From the NCBI GenBank assembly GCA_951406725.2, contig OX597815.1:44640001-44704000 (forward strand): a stretch of DNA of 64,000 bases. The letters run 5' to 3'. Origin of the DNA: Octopus vulgaris (taxonomy: Eukaryota). Under the pieces are notes generated by a model. The model made no database searches, was not told where the DNA came from, and was given only the letters and a program-made list of their open reading frames with translations. The translations under genes and the position numbers were made by a program. Position 1 is the first letter of the stretch; every line of letters starts with the position of its first letter. This document shows, piece by piece, positions 29,612 to 44,818 of this stretch.

Positions 29612-29958
29612 CATATATATCAGTGGCGACTCTGGCACTCGGTCTGTTCGGGCTTAGCCCGAGTATAAATTTAGTAAAGTGAACAAGTATTTGAAATCTG
29701 ATTAAATTTCTGCCAACACTGCCTTAAAGTATGTAATTGCAGTCAATAACTCCGGCTCCTTTTATTGAGCCTGTTTGCAGTTTATTTATTTTCGTTCTGC
29801 GTCTGGCGGTCGTCTTAGAGGTGCCCTGAGTATTGTTTACACGCGCCTGACTCGGCTCAGAATTTACAGCCAGAGTTGTTATCTATAACCATAAAATAAT
29901 TCAAATTCAATACTCTCTTCAAACAATAAATTTCTATAGAGATTAGGATCTAAATTCC

Positions 29959-30197
29959 AAACCATTTTTACGTTCAACATCACAATCAAGGAACGGCCAT
30001 AATAGGCCATTTACCCACTAGAAATAACAGCCAAAAGCTTTAACCGCAAAATAACATTAATACCGTAAACCAGGAGAAAATTGAAAAACTTTTCCCTGTA
30101 ATTTCTAGTTTCATCTACCGTTTAATGGTAAACTAACCTGTGAATGGCCTATTATGGCCGTTCCTTGATTGTGATGTTGAACGTTCAAAAATGGTTT
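29959..30197. repeat. ~55-bp inverted repeat pair (foldback/MITE-like)
   Basis: AAACCATTTTTACGTTCAACATCACAATCAAGGAACGGCCATAATAGGCCATT is mirrored at 30140-30197. Confidence 0.8.
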
Positions 30198-30406
30198 ATG
30201 ACTATTTAATTTTTCCTACTAGGCCGCTGGTGGCAAAAGAATTCTACAAAATTTTTTTTATGACTATTTAATTTTTTCCTACTAGGCCGCTATATTGCCT
30301 ATATTGAAAAATAAGATAGGATTAGAAATTGAAGAAAACGCGAAAATTCATAAATACATACATACATACATACGTATATATATACATACATACATGCATA
30401 TATATA

Positions 30407-30476
<70 letters not shown>

Positions 30477-30517
30477 CATCCATACATATGCCTACATGCA
30501 TATACATACATACATAC

Positions 30518-30589
<72 letters not shown>

Positions 30590-30610
30590 GTGTGTGTGTA
30601 TGTATGCATA

Positions 30611-30654
<44 letters not shown>

Positions 30655-31690
30655 AGTTCAAACATTATGGTTACAACGTATGTGTACGCGTGCGTGTATC
30701 ATGTATCTCTAAAAACACACCCACACGTACCATGCACACACAGACACTTTTAATACAATACACAACTGTTAGTGTTATCAGAATGATTTACATTACTCTA
30801 CTGTAAATACATCTGGTTCAAAAATGGATCCAGCAGTTGGTGTTTGTTGACATTTTAAAGGGCCAAACAACTACATTTTCAGCATGATACAAAATTACAA
30901 GTTCTCTCCCTTTCGCATATACACATACATACATTTTACATCTTTTAAAGCATTGCAGCCATGCTGGAGCACCCTCTTCAAGGGCCTCAGTCGAACGAAT
31001 CTACCCCATTTCTTAAACCCTAGTGCTTATTCTAATGATGACCTTCTATTGAACCGCTAGGCCACAGGGATGTAAATAAACTAACACCGGTTATCAAGCG
31101 GTGTGAGCGACAAGCACACATACACACGCGCACACGTAATCATTGTTTGTACTCTGTACAGCAAGATCTAGAACAATTATGTCCACATTTATTTTTGATG
31201 TAGTTCTGTGCTAAGTAGCATACTTCCCAACTACATGGTTCTGAGTTCAGTCCCACAGCGTGATACCTTGGACAATTATCTTCCACTTTAGTCTCAGGAC
31301 GACCAAAACCTTGTGAGTGGATTTGGAAGACGAAAACTGAAAGACGCCCGTCGTATATATATACATATATATATATTAAGACCCCACCCATACCTTTTCC
31401 CTGCCCACCCCTTAATGCAGCTCTATCACGTCACCCCTAGTAACATATCACACACTTATTTACTCCTTACCTTCTCATTTCTTCCTATCCCTCCCCAACT
31501 CCTCTCCCATCCTTCCCTCACATTATCTTGACCACCAACTAGCGCTCCTTTTCTCTCAATTCTTTCACCCTTTCATTTTTCACTCTTTTAATTCTCTTAG
31601 TTCCCTCTATATTCCCCATCTCCTCCTTTTCCATAATAATTTTTTTTATTTCGAACTCAAATATATTCCTCTATTTAACCATCTCACAGC

Positions 31691-31738
31691 GTCTCTGATG
31701 AAGGGATATCCATAATACCCCAGAAATAGCTGTAAGAC
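31691..31738 (+). ncRNA. Type I hammerhead ribozyme motif
   Basis: GTCT-CTGATGA-AGGG...CCCC-A-GAAA-TAGCTG-TA-AGAC: stem I GTCT/AGAC, near-palindromic stem III, GUA site. Confidence 0.7.
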
Positions 31739-34429
31739 TATATCTATATCTTTTTCCTCATAAATGTCCTGAAAACTCCTCACCGCCGTAGCTTTGTTAT
31801 CTCATTTTGTCTAATATATATATATATATATATATAAACATATATACGTGTGTGTGTGTGAGTGTATGTGCGTGTGTCTGTATCTGTGTTTGTCCCCTTG
31901 CCATCGCTTGACAACAGATGTTTGTGTGTTTATGTCCCCGTAACATAGCGGGTCGACAAAAGATAGAAGAAACCGATAGAATAAGTACAAAGCTTACAAA
32001 AAGTAAGTCCTGGAGTCGATTTCTTCGACTAAAACCCTTTAAGGCGGTGCTCCATCATGGCTGCGGTCAAATGAGTGAAACAAGTAAAAGAACATATATA
32101 TATATATATATATATATATTTGATGGGCTTCCTTCAGTTTCTGCTTATCAAATCGACTCATAAGGATTTGATCATCCCGTGGTTATGGAAGAAAATACTT
32201 GCGCAAGATTCCCTGCAATGGGACTGAACTCAGAATCATGTTGTTAAGAAGGAAATTTCTTAACACACATCCATACGTGCGCCACGACAGTCTCTTTTTG
32301 TATTTTATGACGATGTGTTTTAGAAAGATGAAATAGTTTAATTTATTGAATCACTCTAGATTTATTTATTATTTGGTAGAAGAACAAAGGTCTTCTGTGT
32401 AGTGGAGGTCAGGCTGACGTAATTAATAATTCAGGTTCGAAATAGCTGCACATGAAAGAGGAGAAATAAAAGGGAACAGAAAATAGTTCTGCTTGGATTT
32501 CATGCTATGTGTAATTCTGAATTTGTTCTTAATTTGGTTAACTGACATTGCTATGTAACCAATATCCTCTTGATTAAATACTGGACGTGACGATGACCGA
32601 ATAGATCATTTCTTCAGTCTACTTTATGGATTTATGTTTTAAAAGTGACAGTTGTATTAGGTAATCCTAATACGCATCTTCTGATGCGTATCATTGATTA
32701 TTTTATGAATTGATGCTAAGGTATTAGAACGAAACGGTCTCCAAAAAAGTCGCCTATCGACCACGAGGCAGTTTTAAACCTAGAAGTGTGGTATGGCTAC
32801 CACCTCAAAAGAGAAGGTCTTCTACGTCATATTCAGCATACAATGTAAAATAATTCTTCTATAACTTAAAATTGGATTACACCGTTTACATGTATAGCTG
32901 TGTGTGCGTGCGTGTGTGTATGTGCATGTGTGTGTATGTGTGTGTGTATGTGTGCGTGTGTATGTGTGTGTGTATGCGTGTGTGTAAGTCCGTGGCTTAG
33001 TGGTTATGGTGTGTTACACTTATGATTGTGGTTTCGATTCCTAGAGCGGGCGATGCATCGTGTTCTTAAGCAAAACACTTCATCTCACGTTGCTCCAGTC
33101 CACTCGGCGACAGACGAGTGGGCATGCCGTTTAGGTGAAGAATACATTCGCAACAAAATCCAGGAAAGCGACCTTATGACCCCTATGGCTCGGGAACTAA
33201 CCGACGCTCTAAATATGAGATATTTCTTCGATCTTGATTGACATGGGTTGAATATCAACCAGTAATGCACCAATAATATTTTTCATAGTTATTCCAGTAC
33301 TTATGTACTTCAGATATTTACTTCAAAGCTATTAAAATGAACCCCATTATTATAAGAACCCTTTGTCTTTATTAAACAATTTTATTAAATATAAGTGTCT
33401 ATCCAAGAAAACTTCACATTAATTTTAATCAATTATTTTTTTTAGCAAATCTTGTAAAAACTACGTCAGATCCTTGATACTCATTTTGATTAATTTTTTT
33501 TTTAACAATTCTTGTAAAAACCACTTCAGTTCTAAATGTTTTCAATTGTTTTCTTAACTCCGGAAGCATTTGAGGTTAGATTCCAGAGGAAAGCTCCAAT
33601 CACATGAGAATACAACAGGAACAAGACAGCACTCAAATAGGTTTAGATGATAAATGAAACGCAATTTAACATGCAAATAAGCACTTAGAAACATACACAC
33701 GCACAACAGTATATTTTATGAGTCTTATGGCAACGAGCTGGCAGAATCGTTACCACAGTGGGCAAAATGCCTAGCGGCATTTCGTCCGTTTCTACGTTCT
33801 GAGTTCAAGTGCTGTCAAGGTCGACTTTGACGTTTCATCCTTTCGGAGTCGATACCAGTTGAAAGTAATATTTGAAATCAATATTTCATGAGCTTATGAG
33901 CCAAGAAGAGAGCTTTTAATGGTTAGCCAGGTTGCTACATATAGCAGTCGAACCTCACTCGCCAGAGAAAGGCCACATTGCTTCAAGTGCACTAAAACAA
34001 ACTATGTTTGGATAGGTGGTATAGTCGTGACTGGAATGCTCTTCATTATAGATTTGTCCGAACTTTCAGGTTTAAAAATTCGAATTTTTACTCCGAACAT
34101 GTAGCCGTTGGATTTGAAGCAGTTTTCACGTAAATAGCTTTAAAAAATAGTTAATTAGAATGAGTATCAAGCTTTCTTTTACTTAACAATAGTTATTTAC
34201 GAGCAATTTAGAGTAATAAGAATGTAACCTTAACAGTACTCTTTATTCCTTTTACTTACTTGTTTCAGTCATTTGACTGCGGCCATGCTGGAGCACTGCC
34301 TGTAGTCGAGAAAATCGACTCCAGGACTTATTCTTTGTAAGCCTAGTACTTATTCTATCGGTCTCTTTTGCCGAACCGCTAACGCAAACACACCAGCATC
34401 GGTTGTCAAGCGATGTTGGGTGACAAACA

Positions 34430-34516
<87 letters not shown>

Positions 34517-35699
34517 ATATACATGTAGACGTAGGTACGTACATATATGTATATATGCATATGTTTTATTTATTTATTAATTTATTATCTGACGGAACGC
34601 ACGCATCCATTTCTAAGTAAGATTGTTCTTAATATTAATAATGATGCGCACTCTTAACCTTTCTCTCCTCCTCCCTTTCTCAGCCTTCATTCTTTTGGCT
34701 TTCCTTTTCTTCTACCTTACTGTCTCTCCCCCTCTCTCTCTCATTCTTCATTCTTTTCTCTATAACCATTCCCTTTTTTTCACTCCCCTTCTCTTACTCC
34801 TCCTCCTCCCTCCCGTAGTTGACCCGCGACGAGAACTCTGCTACTGTCTTTCTTCTCCTGGCTACCTTCAAGTAGAGACGTCACATCTGTTGCTCCCTCG
34901 CCGTTCTCAAAAAATAGCGTTCGTAAAAAAATTTATCTCGTTCGGCTTAACAGCCCTTCTTGTTTGTGTTACTGTTATTCACCTTGTCCTGTCTTTTGCT
35001 GTTTATATTTTGTACTGTCGTTACTATCCTGTTTTTTTTTACCATTTTTACCCTCCACCCCACCCCCCGCAAAAAATTCTCAAATTTTATTTAATTTGAT
35101 TTTCACGGGAAGGATTGTTTCATTAAAGTCATGTATCGCCTTGACCTTCGAAACGTGGAGTAGATGAAGGGGAATTTTCCTTATTTTGTATGTCCTGTAC
35201 TCTATTTTTTCGTTAAGAAAAATGTCCACTTCCTTGGTTTTGTGTTTATGTTTTCGTTTCCCATTGTGTTCGACGTTTTTTTTGGGTCCTGTACCCATAT
35301 ATGCATGTATATATACATGTAGAGGTAGGTACGTACATATATGTATGTATATATGCATATGTTTTATTTATTTATTAATGCATATATATATACATATATA
35401 CAACGGGCTTCTTTCAGTTTCCGCCTACCAGATCCACTCACGAGGCTTTTGTCCGTAGAAGGAATAAAAAGCAACTTTTAGGCACAATAGTGGTTTATTG
35501 ACGTAGACCCTTGTTAGTTTTTCCCGTATCGAAGTTCGGTAAGCTGAAAAAGTGGTTTTATAGCTCACGCTCAGCAGCAGGGGTTGTTGTGTATGCAAGC
35601 AGAAATCCAAGGTTAGGGAATGGAGTAGATAAAATCCAGGCTACATATGATTCATAGCTGGCAGAACCTGGGAAGTAGTAGTTATCCAAACGAGAGGTA

Positions 35700-36135
35700 A
35701 TCCGCTACGTAAATTTTGACATCATCTTCCAAATAGTCACATTACGTTCCTGTCATTTTTGGAATCCGACCTTGAATTAGTTTTCCGTAAGCGAGTCGAC
35801 AACCTTCTGTGATTCGTTTTATATCTCGACAACAGTGTTAAGATGATGACTCTTTTGTTGCATTTTCATCTTGGGGAAAGAGATGGAAGTCCGCTGGTGC
35901 TAAATGTGGTTAGTAAGGCGGGTGTAGAAACGATACCATGTTTTTGGCGAGTAACTCACAAGCGAGGAGAGCTCGGTGACAAAGTACATTGTCGTTGTGA
36001 AGAATCCGATACTTCATGCACCCCAGATCCGGTCGCTTTCCTCCCTCAACCGTTTCAAAATGTCACAGTAGAACTGTCGATTGACGCTCTGGCCCCGGGG
36101 GACAAATTTCCGATGCGCTATACCACATTTCCTGG
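35700..36135 (-). pseudogene. mariner transposase C-terminal remnant
   Basis: [28 protein letters not shown]... and [32 protein letters not shown] match the mariner DD34D C-terminus; frameshifts and stops present. Confidence 0.8.
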
Positions 36136-36225
36136 GACAGGTCTTCCAGATATCACTCATCATCTTCCAGTACGTTCTTCCGCTTTTGAGGCGCCCGTAA
36201 CACTTAAAACATTGCGTATACCCAT

Positions 36226-36298
<73 letters not shown>

Positions 36299-36299
36299 C

Positions 36300-36382
<83 letters not shown>

Positions 36383-36384
36383 TG

Positions 36385-36670
36385 CAATTGCAGCGTGGAA
36401 GGTGTTTGTAAGCAATTTAAGAAACACATAAAAACCGTTCGATTCACTTCGAGATTTAAGTTTAATTTGTCAAAATATTTTCGTCGCTAAAATCCGCGAC
36501 CTGTTCACTGACAAAAATCCGTGCTGCATCTGATGCAGCACGGATTTTTGTCAGGTCGCGGATTTTAGCGACGAAAATATTTTGACAAATTAAACTTAAA
36601 TCTCGAAGTGAATCGAACGGTCTTTATGTGTTTCTTAAATGGCTTACAAATACCTTCCACGCTGCAATTG
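36385..36670. repeat. ~285-bp near-perfect palindrome (inverted PLE pLTR-like)
   Basis: Arms mirror about GCATC-T-GATGC at 36531, with a few mismatches and one 7-nt indel. Confidence 0.95.
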
Positions 36671-36815
36671 TTTTCGTTCCAGCACACGATCTCAGATCAA
36701 ATCACTTGCTATGCGAGTACATCTCCGTAATATATATATATATATATATATTGATAAAACGGTAAGATAACAAAAGAAAGAAAGAGACCTCAATATTATG
36801 TAAATAGAGGAAATT

Positions 36816-36892
36816 TATCTATACAATATGTTACATTACTCGGTAGTCAAGATAATTATCTTGACTACCGAGTAATGTAACATATTGTATAG

Positions 36893-36895
<3 letters not shown>
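36816..36895. repeat. 80-bp perfect spacerless palindrome
   Basis: TATCTATACAATATGTTACATTACTCGGTAGTCAAGATAA followed by its exact reverse complement. Confidence 0.95.
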
Positions 36896-36986
<91 letters not shown>

Positions 36987-37026
36987 ATCAAATGAAATAA
37001 ATGAAAAACAGGACGCAAAGGATTTT

Positions 37027-37118
37027 GCGGTACATATGTTTCAGGTTTATAGAACAACTTATTCTTACATCAATGCATAATTGATATAATAGATAGATCA
37101 AAAACCCTCTTCAGCTGC
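37027..37118 (-). ncRNA. Type I hammerhead motif with long loop II
   Basis: GCAG-CTGAAGA-GGGTTT...AAACCT-GAAA-CATATG-TA-CCGC, with palindromic ACATATGT stem III. Confidence 0.7.
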
Positions 37119-37682
37119 GTACAATTGCTACACCAAAGACTTGTATCACATTATAAAAGGTTTGAGAAAAAACCGAGCTTCATTGGGAAAGTATGTTTGT
37201 AAATCTTCATAGGGGTACATGGTATTGTTAGACTCCAAAACAAATCGTCCATACCGTTTTTTCATTCGATATAGAATGAATACTGGGTAGATTACTTCAT
37301 ATAGGGAAGGAATTGGATGTTGAAAGAAAGAGGAAAGGAGGGGAAGGGGATGAAGCTTTAATGAAGTTGGGATAACAAAAAAGAAAATATATATAAATGT
37401 AAACATAATTATAAAGGATAATAATAAATATAAAATATAATAAAAAGTAAAGATGTAAAAAAAATAAGTATATAAAGATACAAAGGACGTCACGTATAGG
37501 GTCATAAATTCTAGAAATGTATTGTGAAAGTGTAAAAGGTACAAAAAATAAAGGGTAAAACATAAAATAAAAACTAAAAAAATAAAAAACTAAAAATAAA
37601 AAGTGGAAGATAAAAAGTGAAAAATAAAAAAATAAATAAGTAAAAAAATCAATAAAAAGGTAAAAAAAATCAAAAAGTGAAA

Positions 37683-37719
<37 letters not shown>

Positions 37720-37817
37720 AAATGAGAAAATGGAGAAACATACCTAAATCAATCATCAGCCATCAGATAATACCCAATCAATACTTTATTAAACCATTAC
37801 ATAACAGCAATGACATT

Positions 37818-37861
<44 letters not shown>

Positions 37862-39149
37862 TGTAAATAATCATAATTATTGTAACCTTAAAGCTTTTAA
37901 GCGATCACCATGTATTGGCTAAAGAAAATAGTCTAATATTGGCGTATATTAGCCCTCTGCGTAAAAAAGTGGGTTTTTGTACGTATATATTAAATACATT
38001 TCTTAAAACAATTTCATATATTTTAAGTTTCATGCTGCGCATGTTTCATTACAGTATAGGAAATACACCGTGAATATAAATATCATATCAAAAATAACAT
38101 TATGAATATAATAAACATGTAATAGGTTTATACATGTAGAAAACATGTTTGGGATTTCTTTTCCATAATTCCTCAGATTCAAAACTTCATGAGGATACAG
38201 TTTGGATTATATCCCCTTCTTTACACTATACCTGCATACATACATCCATACATACGTATACGTAAGTACGTATGTACATATGCATGTACATGCATGCTTT
38301 GTGTTTGTGTGTCTGTGTGCGCGAGTTTCTATATATGTACATATTCAAATACATATTTAAAAATAGTGTTGGTCGCTGATGGGAAGATAAAAATCTGAAG
38401 TGTGTGCATGCGAAAAGAAATTCCTCTCTGACTAAAAAACTAATATTCCCAACATCAACAAAACACTCGATATTACGTCTGCTGTGGCCATTGCTATGAA
38501 CGTTGATTTTACTACAAGCAATACCACCGCTATAGCTATCATATTTCTGTTTTGTTTTTTGTTTGCTTATTTGTTTTTTTTTTTGTTTTGTTTTTTTAGT
38601 GTAAGTCGTTGCTGTAGTAGATGTTGAAGCAACGGAATGGTATTAACGCGAAAGAATTGGAAATTCCGAGGAAAACTTGTCTATGAGTACAGCGATTTGG
38701 GCGAGAGTGGTTAGTTAGATAAATATGTATACCACTCAAAATAAAATTCCATGTTGAAAAAAATATTGCTGTATTGGAATCTCCCTCAATAGCGTCACCA
38801 TTAAAGGTTCCATGAAATGTCGCATCCAGCCGGAGATTAAAAGTGACTGCCAAAAAACTCAATGAGTGTGATCGATTAGCTTGCCAAATATGGAGGCCAC
38901 ATTTCCTTTAAATCAAACCCCATTTTCTAAATCGTTTGCCTGTCCAAAGCACTTTTGTAAGTTTGCCCTAAATGTTTCTGAATGTTTTCAGACATTTAGT
39001 TACTACTTCTTTCATATGTTCTGAGTAGTATACAATCTTCGTTTTGTTAATATTGGGAATGAGTATAATATATGGTGAGTGGACACCAGAGAAATATGAC
39101 CTGTGTATCACATGCGATACATAAAATCGCCTACGTTCTAACTAATGAA

Positions 39150-39187
<38 letters not shown>

Positions 39188-39330
39188 AGTGGGCTGGGGC
39201 AACGCAAAATAAAGTCTTTTGCTCAAGATCACAACGCCACCGCCCGTTTCGGGAATCGAAACCGCGATCTTGTGATCGTCAACGCAACAATTTAACTACT
39301 TGGACACGCGCCACCACCACCACCACTACC

Positions 39331-39364
<34 letters not shown>

Positions 39365-39497
39365 GTAGTAGTAGTAGTAGTAGTAGTGCCAACAACAACA
39401 ACACCACCACCATTACAACCACCAACACCAACAACAACACGACCACCACTTTTACAACTGCTATGACGAGGACGACCAGTACTACTATTACAACTGT

Positions 39498-39534
<37 letters not shown>

Positions 39535-39560
39535 GCCACCGTCCCCATCACCACTGCTAC
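39150..39560. repeat. Compound trinucleotide microsatellite (AGT/ACT/ACC/AAC) with an embedded SINE head
   Basis: Direct reading; this explains the S/T-rich ORF 39145-39834. Confidence 0.9.
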
Positions 39561-39858
39561 AAAAAATAACTTTGTTGACATCCCTATCAAAAAGAAACAT
39601 CATCATAACCACTATTACTATCGCTTCTGCTATAGATTTCATCAGATATCACATCCACCAGCAGAGCATATCCTAATGGCGTCGACTCCTCCCTTATTTC
39701 AAGCAACACCCGTATTATACTCCACCCCAGCTACATTTAGTGCCTTCACCCGACAGACACTACCACTACCCCGATGTATACTAGCAGTACAATTTACACT
39801 ACACCCTACCGATTCACCAGGAACTGATATTTAAGGAAAAGCAAATGTGTGTGTGTGT

Positions 39859-39942
<84 letters not shown>

Positions 39943-40264
39943 CTACTAGGGGCATGAATCGAAACATATATGTAGGTTTTTGGCATCAGCCATTTCTTTT
40001 AGAGCTTTACAATTTATAATTTATTCATATTTTTTAATAAAAACTTTCAACATCTTCATATGATACAAATAAATTATCTATACACCCATTATTCTCCATT
40101 TTCTTTCATATATATATATATATGTCTTGCTTACAGAATTGTTAGCACACCGGAACAAAATGCTTAGCAGCGTTTCGTCTATTTGTGTTCTGAATTCAAA
40201 TTGCTCCTAAATCGACTTCGACTTTCATCCTTTCGGGTTCGATAAGACAAGTACCAGTTGAACA

Positions 40265-40349
<85 letters not shown>

Positions 40350-40428
40350 ACACACATAACCGAATTAAGTCCTCCTTCAAAATTGCTGGCCTTGTGCCAA
40401 AATTTGAAACCCATATACATATACGTCA

Positions 40429-40486
<58 letters not shown>

Positions 40487-40613
40487 GTATATATATTGTA
40501 GGTCATGGACCAACGGGTTTTGGGGGTCTGACGATACGCGATAAACCAAAAACCTTTCTGGGCGGGAAACCGATGATAATCCCATAAACCGGCCTCTCTC
40601 ATTTTTTACTGTA

Positions 40614-40730
<117 letters not shown>

Positions 40731-41379
40731 CATATATATATATACATATATATTTAATGTGAATGATGCATGTGCTAATTAAGAAGTTAGCTTCGCATCT
40801 ATGAGGTACTGAATTCAGTTTTGGGATGTGGAAACTTGAGGGATAATCTTCTGCTATAGCAAGTTTTTTGTGAGTGAAGTAAAGTAGAAACAATCTTTAT
40901 GGAGACCCACCTGATGAACTGCACCGCTACTCTAAATGCCCATCTTTGTCAAAGACTAAAAGAGTATGTCAAGCTGATTCTGCCTGAGGATTACGATATT
41001 TCCGTCATATAGTTGACAGCCAAAATAGGTAGGTCAACGTATACGACATGACGACGTAGAAAGACCAAAAATTCCATGTAAAATGGCCACAGGATTTGGA
41101 AAGATGTGACTATGTTTGATTAATTGACACTATATACTTCGTAGATTTGCATGTCGGAAAATATGGTACGCCAAGGGTTCACTTGACTTTGCAATTCTTA
41201 GTCACTTGCACTGTAATTCATAACGTAGTTAATGTTGGCAGAATTACTGTAAAACTCACCGTAGTAAGCGACGGAGGATATACATGCTACTTCTTAAATA
41301 CATATCTCATGTGTGAGAATACATGCATGAGTATGTGCTGTTGTGTGTGTATGTATGTTTGTGTTTGTATATAAATACG

Positions 41380-41415
<36 letters not shown>

Positions 41416-41501
41416 CTCATACATACATACGTACATACATGCATACATATATATGTATATATAAATATACATATATATGTATATATACATATACATACAT
41501 A

Positions 41502-41543
<42 letters not shown>

Positions 41544-41569
41544 CATACTTACATACAGACATACATACA

Positions 41570-41627
<58 letters not shown>

Positions 41628-42393
41628 TACAAAAGTGCATACAGTGTTAACAAATCAGCAGGCAGTAGAAAGATAGCATCTGTAGCTATAGCATAAACTC
41701 TAGTGAGATTGTTGCAGTTGTTGTTGGTGTTGTATATGTGTGAGTGAACGGGGAGACCGGTTTTATATGCATATTTGCGTTAAGAACAGTCTATATGATA
41801 TATAGGGTGACAAGCATAAATAAATTAAAAGAGAAAGAAAAATAGAGATGAAATAAGAGATAAATAGAAATAACGAGAGAGGGAGATAGGGAAGACGCTG
41901 AGTAAAAACAATAAAGCATCGAAAGAAAAAAAGAGAGGGTACGATAGAGTAGATGGAGCAAGAGCGGTGAGGAGAAGAGAAGGAAAGAGAAGAAGAGAGT
42001 GAAAGAGAGGGGTAGACACAGAATGCTGAGAGCTAAGAAAAAAAAGAAATGTTGAAAGACAAAAGCAATATACAGAAGATGGAAATCACATCTTGGAGAA
42101 GGAAAGATAGAAAGAGAGAGAGAGAGAGAGGCTCAGTCAGATACAGAGAGAGGGTGATGGGGAAGAAGCGAGCCAGCTAGAAAGGGAGAGGGAGAGGGAG
42201 AGAGGGAGAGAGAGCGAGAGAGAGAGAGAGATGGCGAGATAGATGGAAAGAAAGAGAGGTTAAGAGAGAAGGCTGAAGACATGAAATTGTTACGTATAAA
42301 CAATCACCACCAACTCTTATCAAAGTAGTTGGGTATCAGTTAATAATAGAACATTGTTTGAACATGACTGATTATATACGTACACACACACAC

Positions 42394-42456
<63 letters not shown>

Positions 42457-42837
42457 TACACACACACGACGACTTATTTTGTGGATGATGACCTGGGTTA
42501 GTCGCAACTGCTTTGAATCAGGGTAGTTAAGGTTCCTAGCATATCAAGATGACCCAGAATTATCTGCCCTCTTCACCATGTTTCAGATAGGGCATGAAAT
42601 ATATATTTCTTTCTTCCTCTATTCTTTTACTTGTTTCAGTCATTTGACAGCGGCCATGATGGAGCACCGCCTTTAGTCGAGCAAATCGACCCCACGACTT
42701 ATTCTTTGTAATCCCAGTACTTATTCTATCGGTCTGTTTTGCCGAACCGCTAGCTTACGGAGACATAAACGCACCAACATCGGATGTCAAGCGATGTTGG
42801 GGCGACAAACACAGACACACAAACATACACACGCACA

Positions 42838-42892
<55 letters not shown>

Positions 42893-43623
42893 ACACACAC
42901 ACATATATATGACGAGCTTCTTTCAGTTTCCGTCTACCAAATCCACTTACAAGGCTTTAGTCGGCTCGAGGCTATAGTAGAAGGGACTTGCCAAAGGTGC
43001 TACGCAGTGGAACTGAACCTGGAACCATGTGGTTGGAAAGCAAACTTCTTACCACACAGCCACTCTTGCGCCTATGTGTGTATGACTTTGAGTCTGTGTT
43101 GGTTGCCCCCACCCCCACCCCAATTAGTAAAGTGTACGTGTATTTGCAAGATGATTTAATTTCAGCCAATAACTCCGGCTACTTTTATCGAGCCTGGTCG
43201 CAGTTACGTTCTACAATATTCTCAATATTCAGTTTCCGTTCTACAATACCCTTAAAGGAACGAAACATTATTCAGCAAATCGGGTTAATACGAACGAGCC
43301 TGGTAGATGTAAAAGACTAACAGGCATCTCCTGTCAAGATTACAGGCGACAGTCAGATCGGTGTTGTCTGTTGTGCACTCTGCTGTCGTTATTTGATTGC
43401 TGCTATTGTGTGCGTCTCTATAAAGATCAATTGTGTTTTGCAGAGTTGCTTTATTTTTACCCTTAATTTAGAAATGGAGTAAGACATAGTGCTAGATATA
43501 CAAAAATAAGCCATTTGGTGCTAGAAATAAAGCGGGAAAATGTGAAATCCTTCGAGCAGGCATACGTTTTATGCGAAGTCTCTGATGAGCCCGAGTGACG
43601 CTGCTGACGTGGGGTCGCCTCTG

Positions 43624-43730
<107 letters not shown>

Positions 43731-43939
43731 CTTTTTGTTTAAAGCTCTGGTGAAGCTATAGTGTGATACTCAAGCACTTAACTATGAACGCTTTACCTCC
43801 TAAAGCAGAAACAACAGTAAGTCACTGGAGTTCTCTACATAATTGTTTATTTCTTTGTCATCCCATCTTTTTTATGTATAAACACATATACACACATACA
43901 TACAAATATGTGTGTGTCACACGCACATACTCTCTCTAT

Positions 43940-43972
<33 letters not shown>

Positions 43973-44156
43973 TTAATTTTCTATTTATTTATTTATTTCA
44001 CTTAGGTATTGCGAGACTAATAACCTGAAGTAGAACTCAGTAAACATATACTTCAGAATGAAGTGTTAAACGAGTATAGAGCGGTAATAAGACTGAATTG
44101 CTTTTTGGGTATACACTATTTTTATACATCTGTATTGACTTTTTCACTGGTAATGC

Positions 44157-44220
<64 letters not shown>

Positions 44221-44511
44221 ATCACCATCACGTGACCGACCAGTCCATCAGATGTAGTTACACATCGCTGGTCACAATGCGTTCGCATTGTTTTAGCCAC
44301 CCCGCTGGCTAAGCGAGCAGGCCAACAGAAGAAAGAGTGGGAGAAAGAGTAGTGAAAGAGTACAGCAGGGATCACCCCCCCCGCCTGCTGGAGCCTCGTG
44401 GATATTTTAGGTGTTTTCGCTCAATAAACACTCACAACGCCCGGTCTGGGAATCGAAACCGCGATCCTACGACCGCGAGTCCGCTGCCCTAACCACTAGG
44501 CCATTGCGCCT

Positions 44512-44690
<179 letters not shown>

Positions 44691-44739
44691 TGCAAAAATG
44701 TAATTCTTTTTCCAAAATGACTTGCACATTACATTCGAA

Positions 44740-44818
44740 GCTCTGATGAAGCTACAGGGTGTTATTCAGGCACTCAGCTATGAGTCCACTGCATCTTGTA
44801 GCAGAAACATCTGTAAGC
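44740..44818 (+). ncRNA. Type I hammerhead motif with extended stem II
   Basis: GCT-CTGATGA-A-GCTACAGG...CTTGTAGC-A-GAAA-CATCTG-TA-AGC. A decayed paralog lies at 43743-43823. Confidence 0.75.

Noticed and set aside
38600-39100. Possible Tc1 remnant (WPPY motif, minus strand)
   Set aside because: Only one short degenerate motif.
39145-39834. Mucin-like S/T-rich 229-aa ORF
   Set aside because: Trinucleotide microsatellites plus an antisense SINE head.
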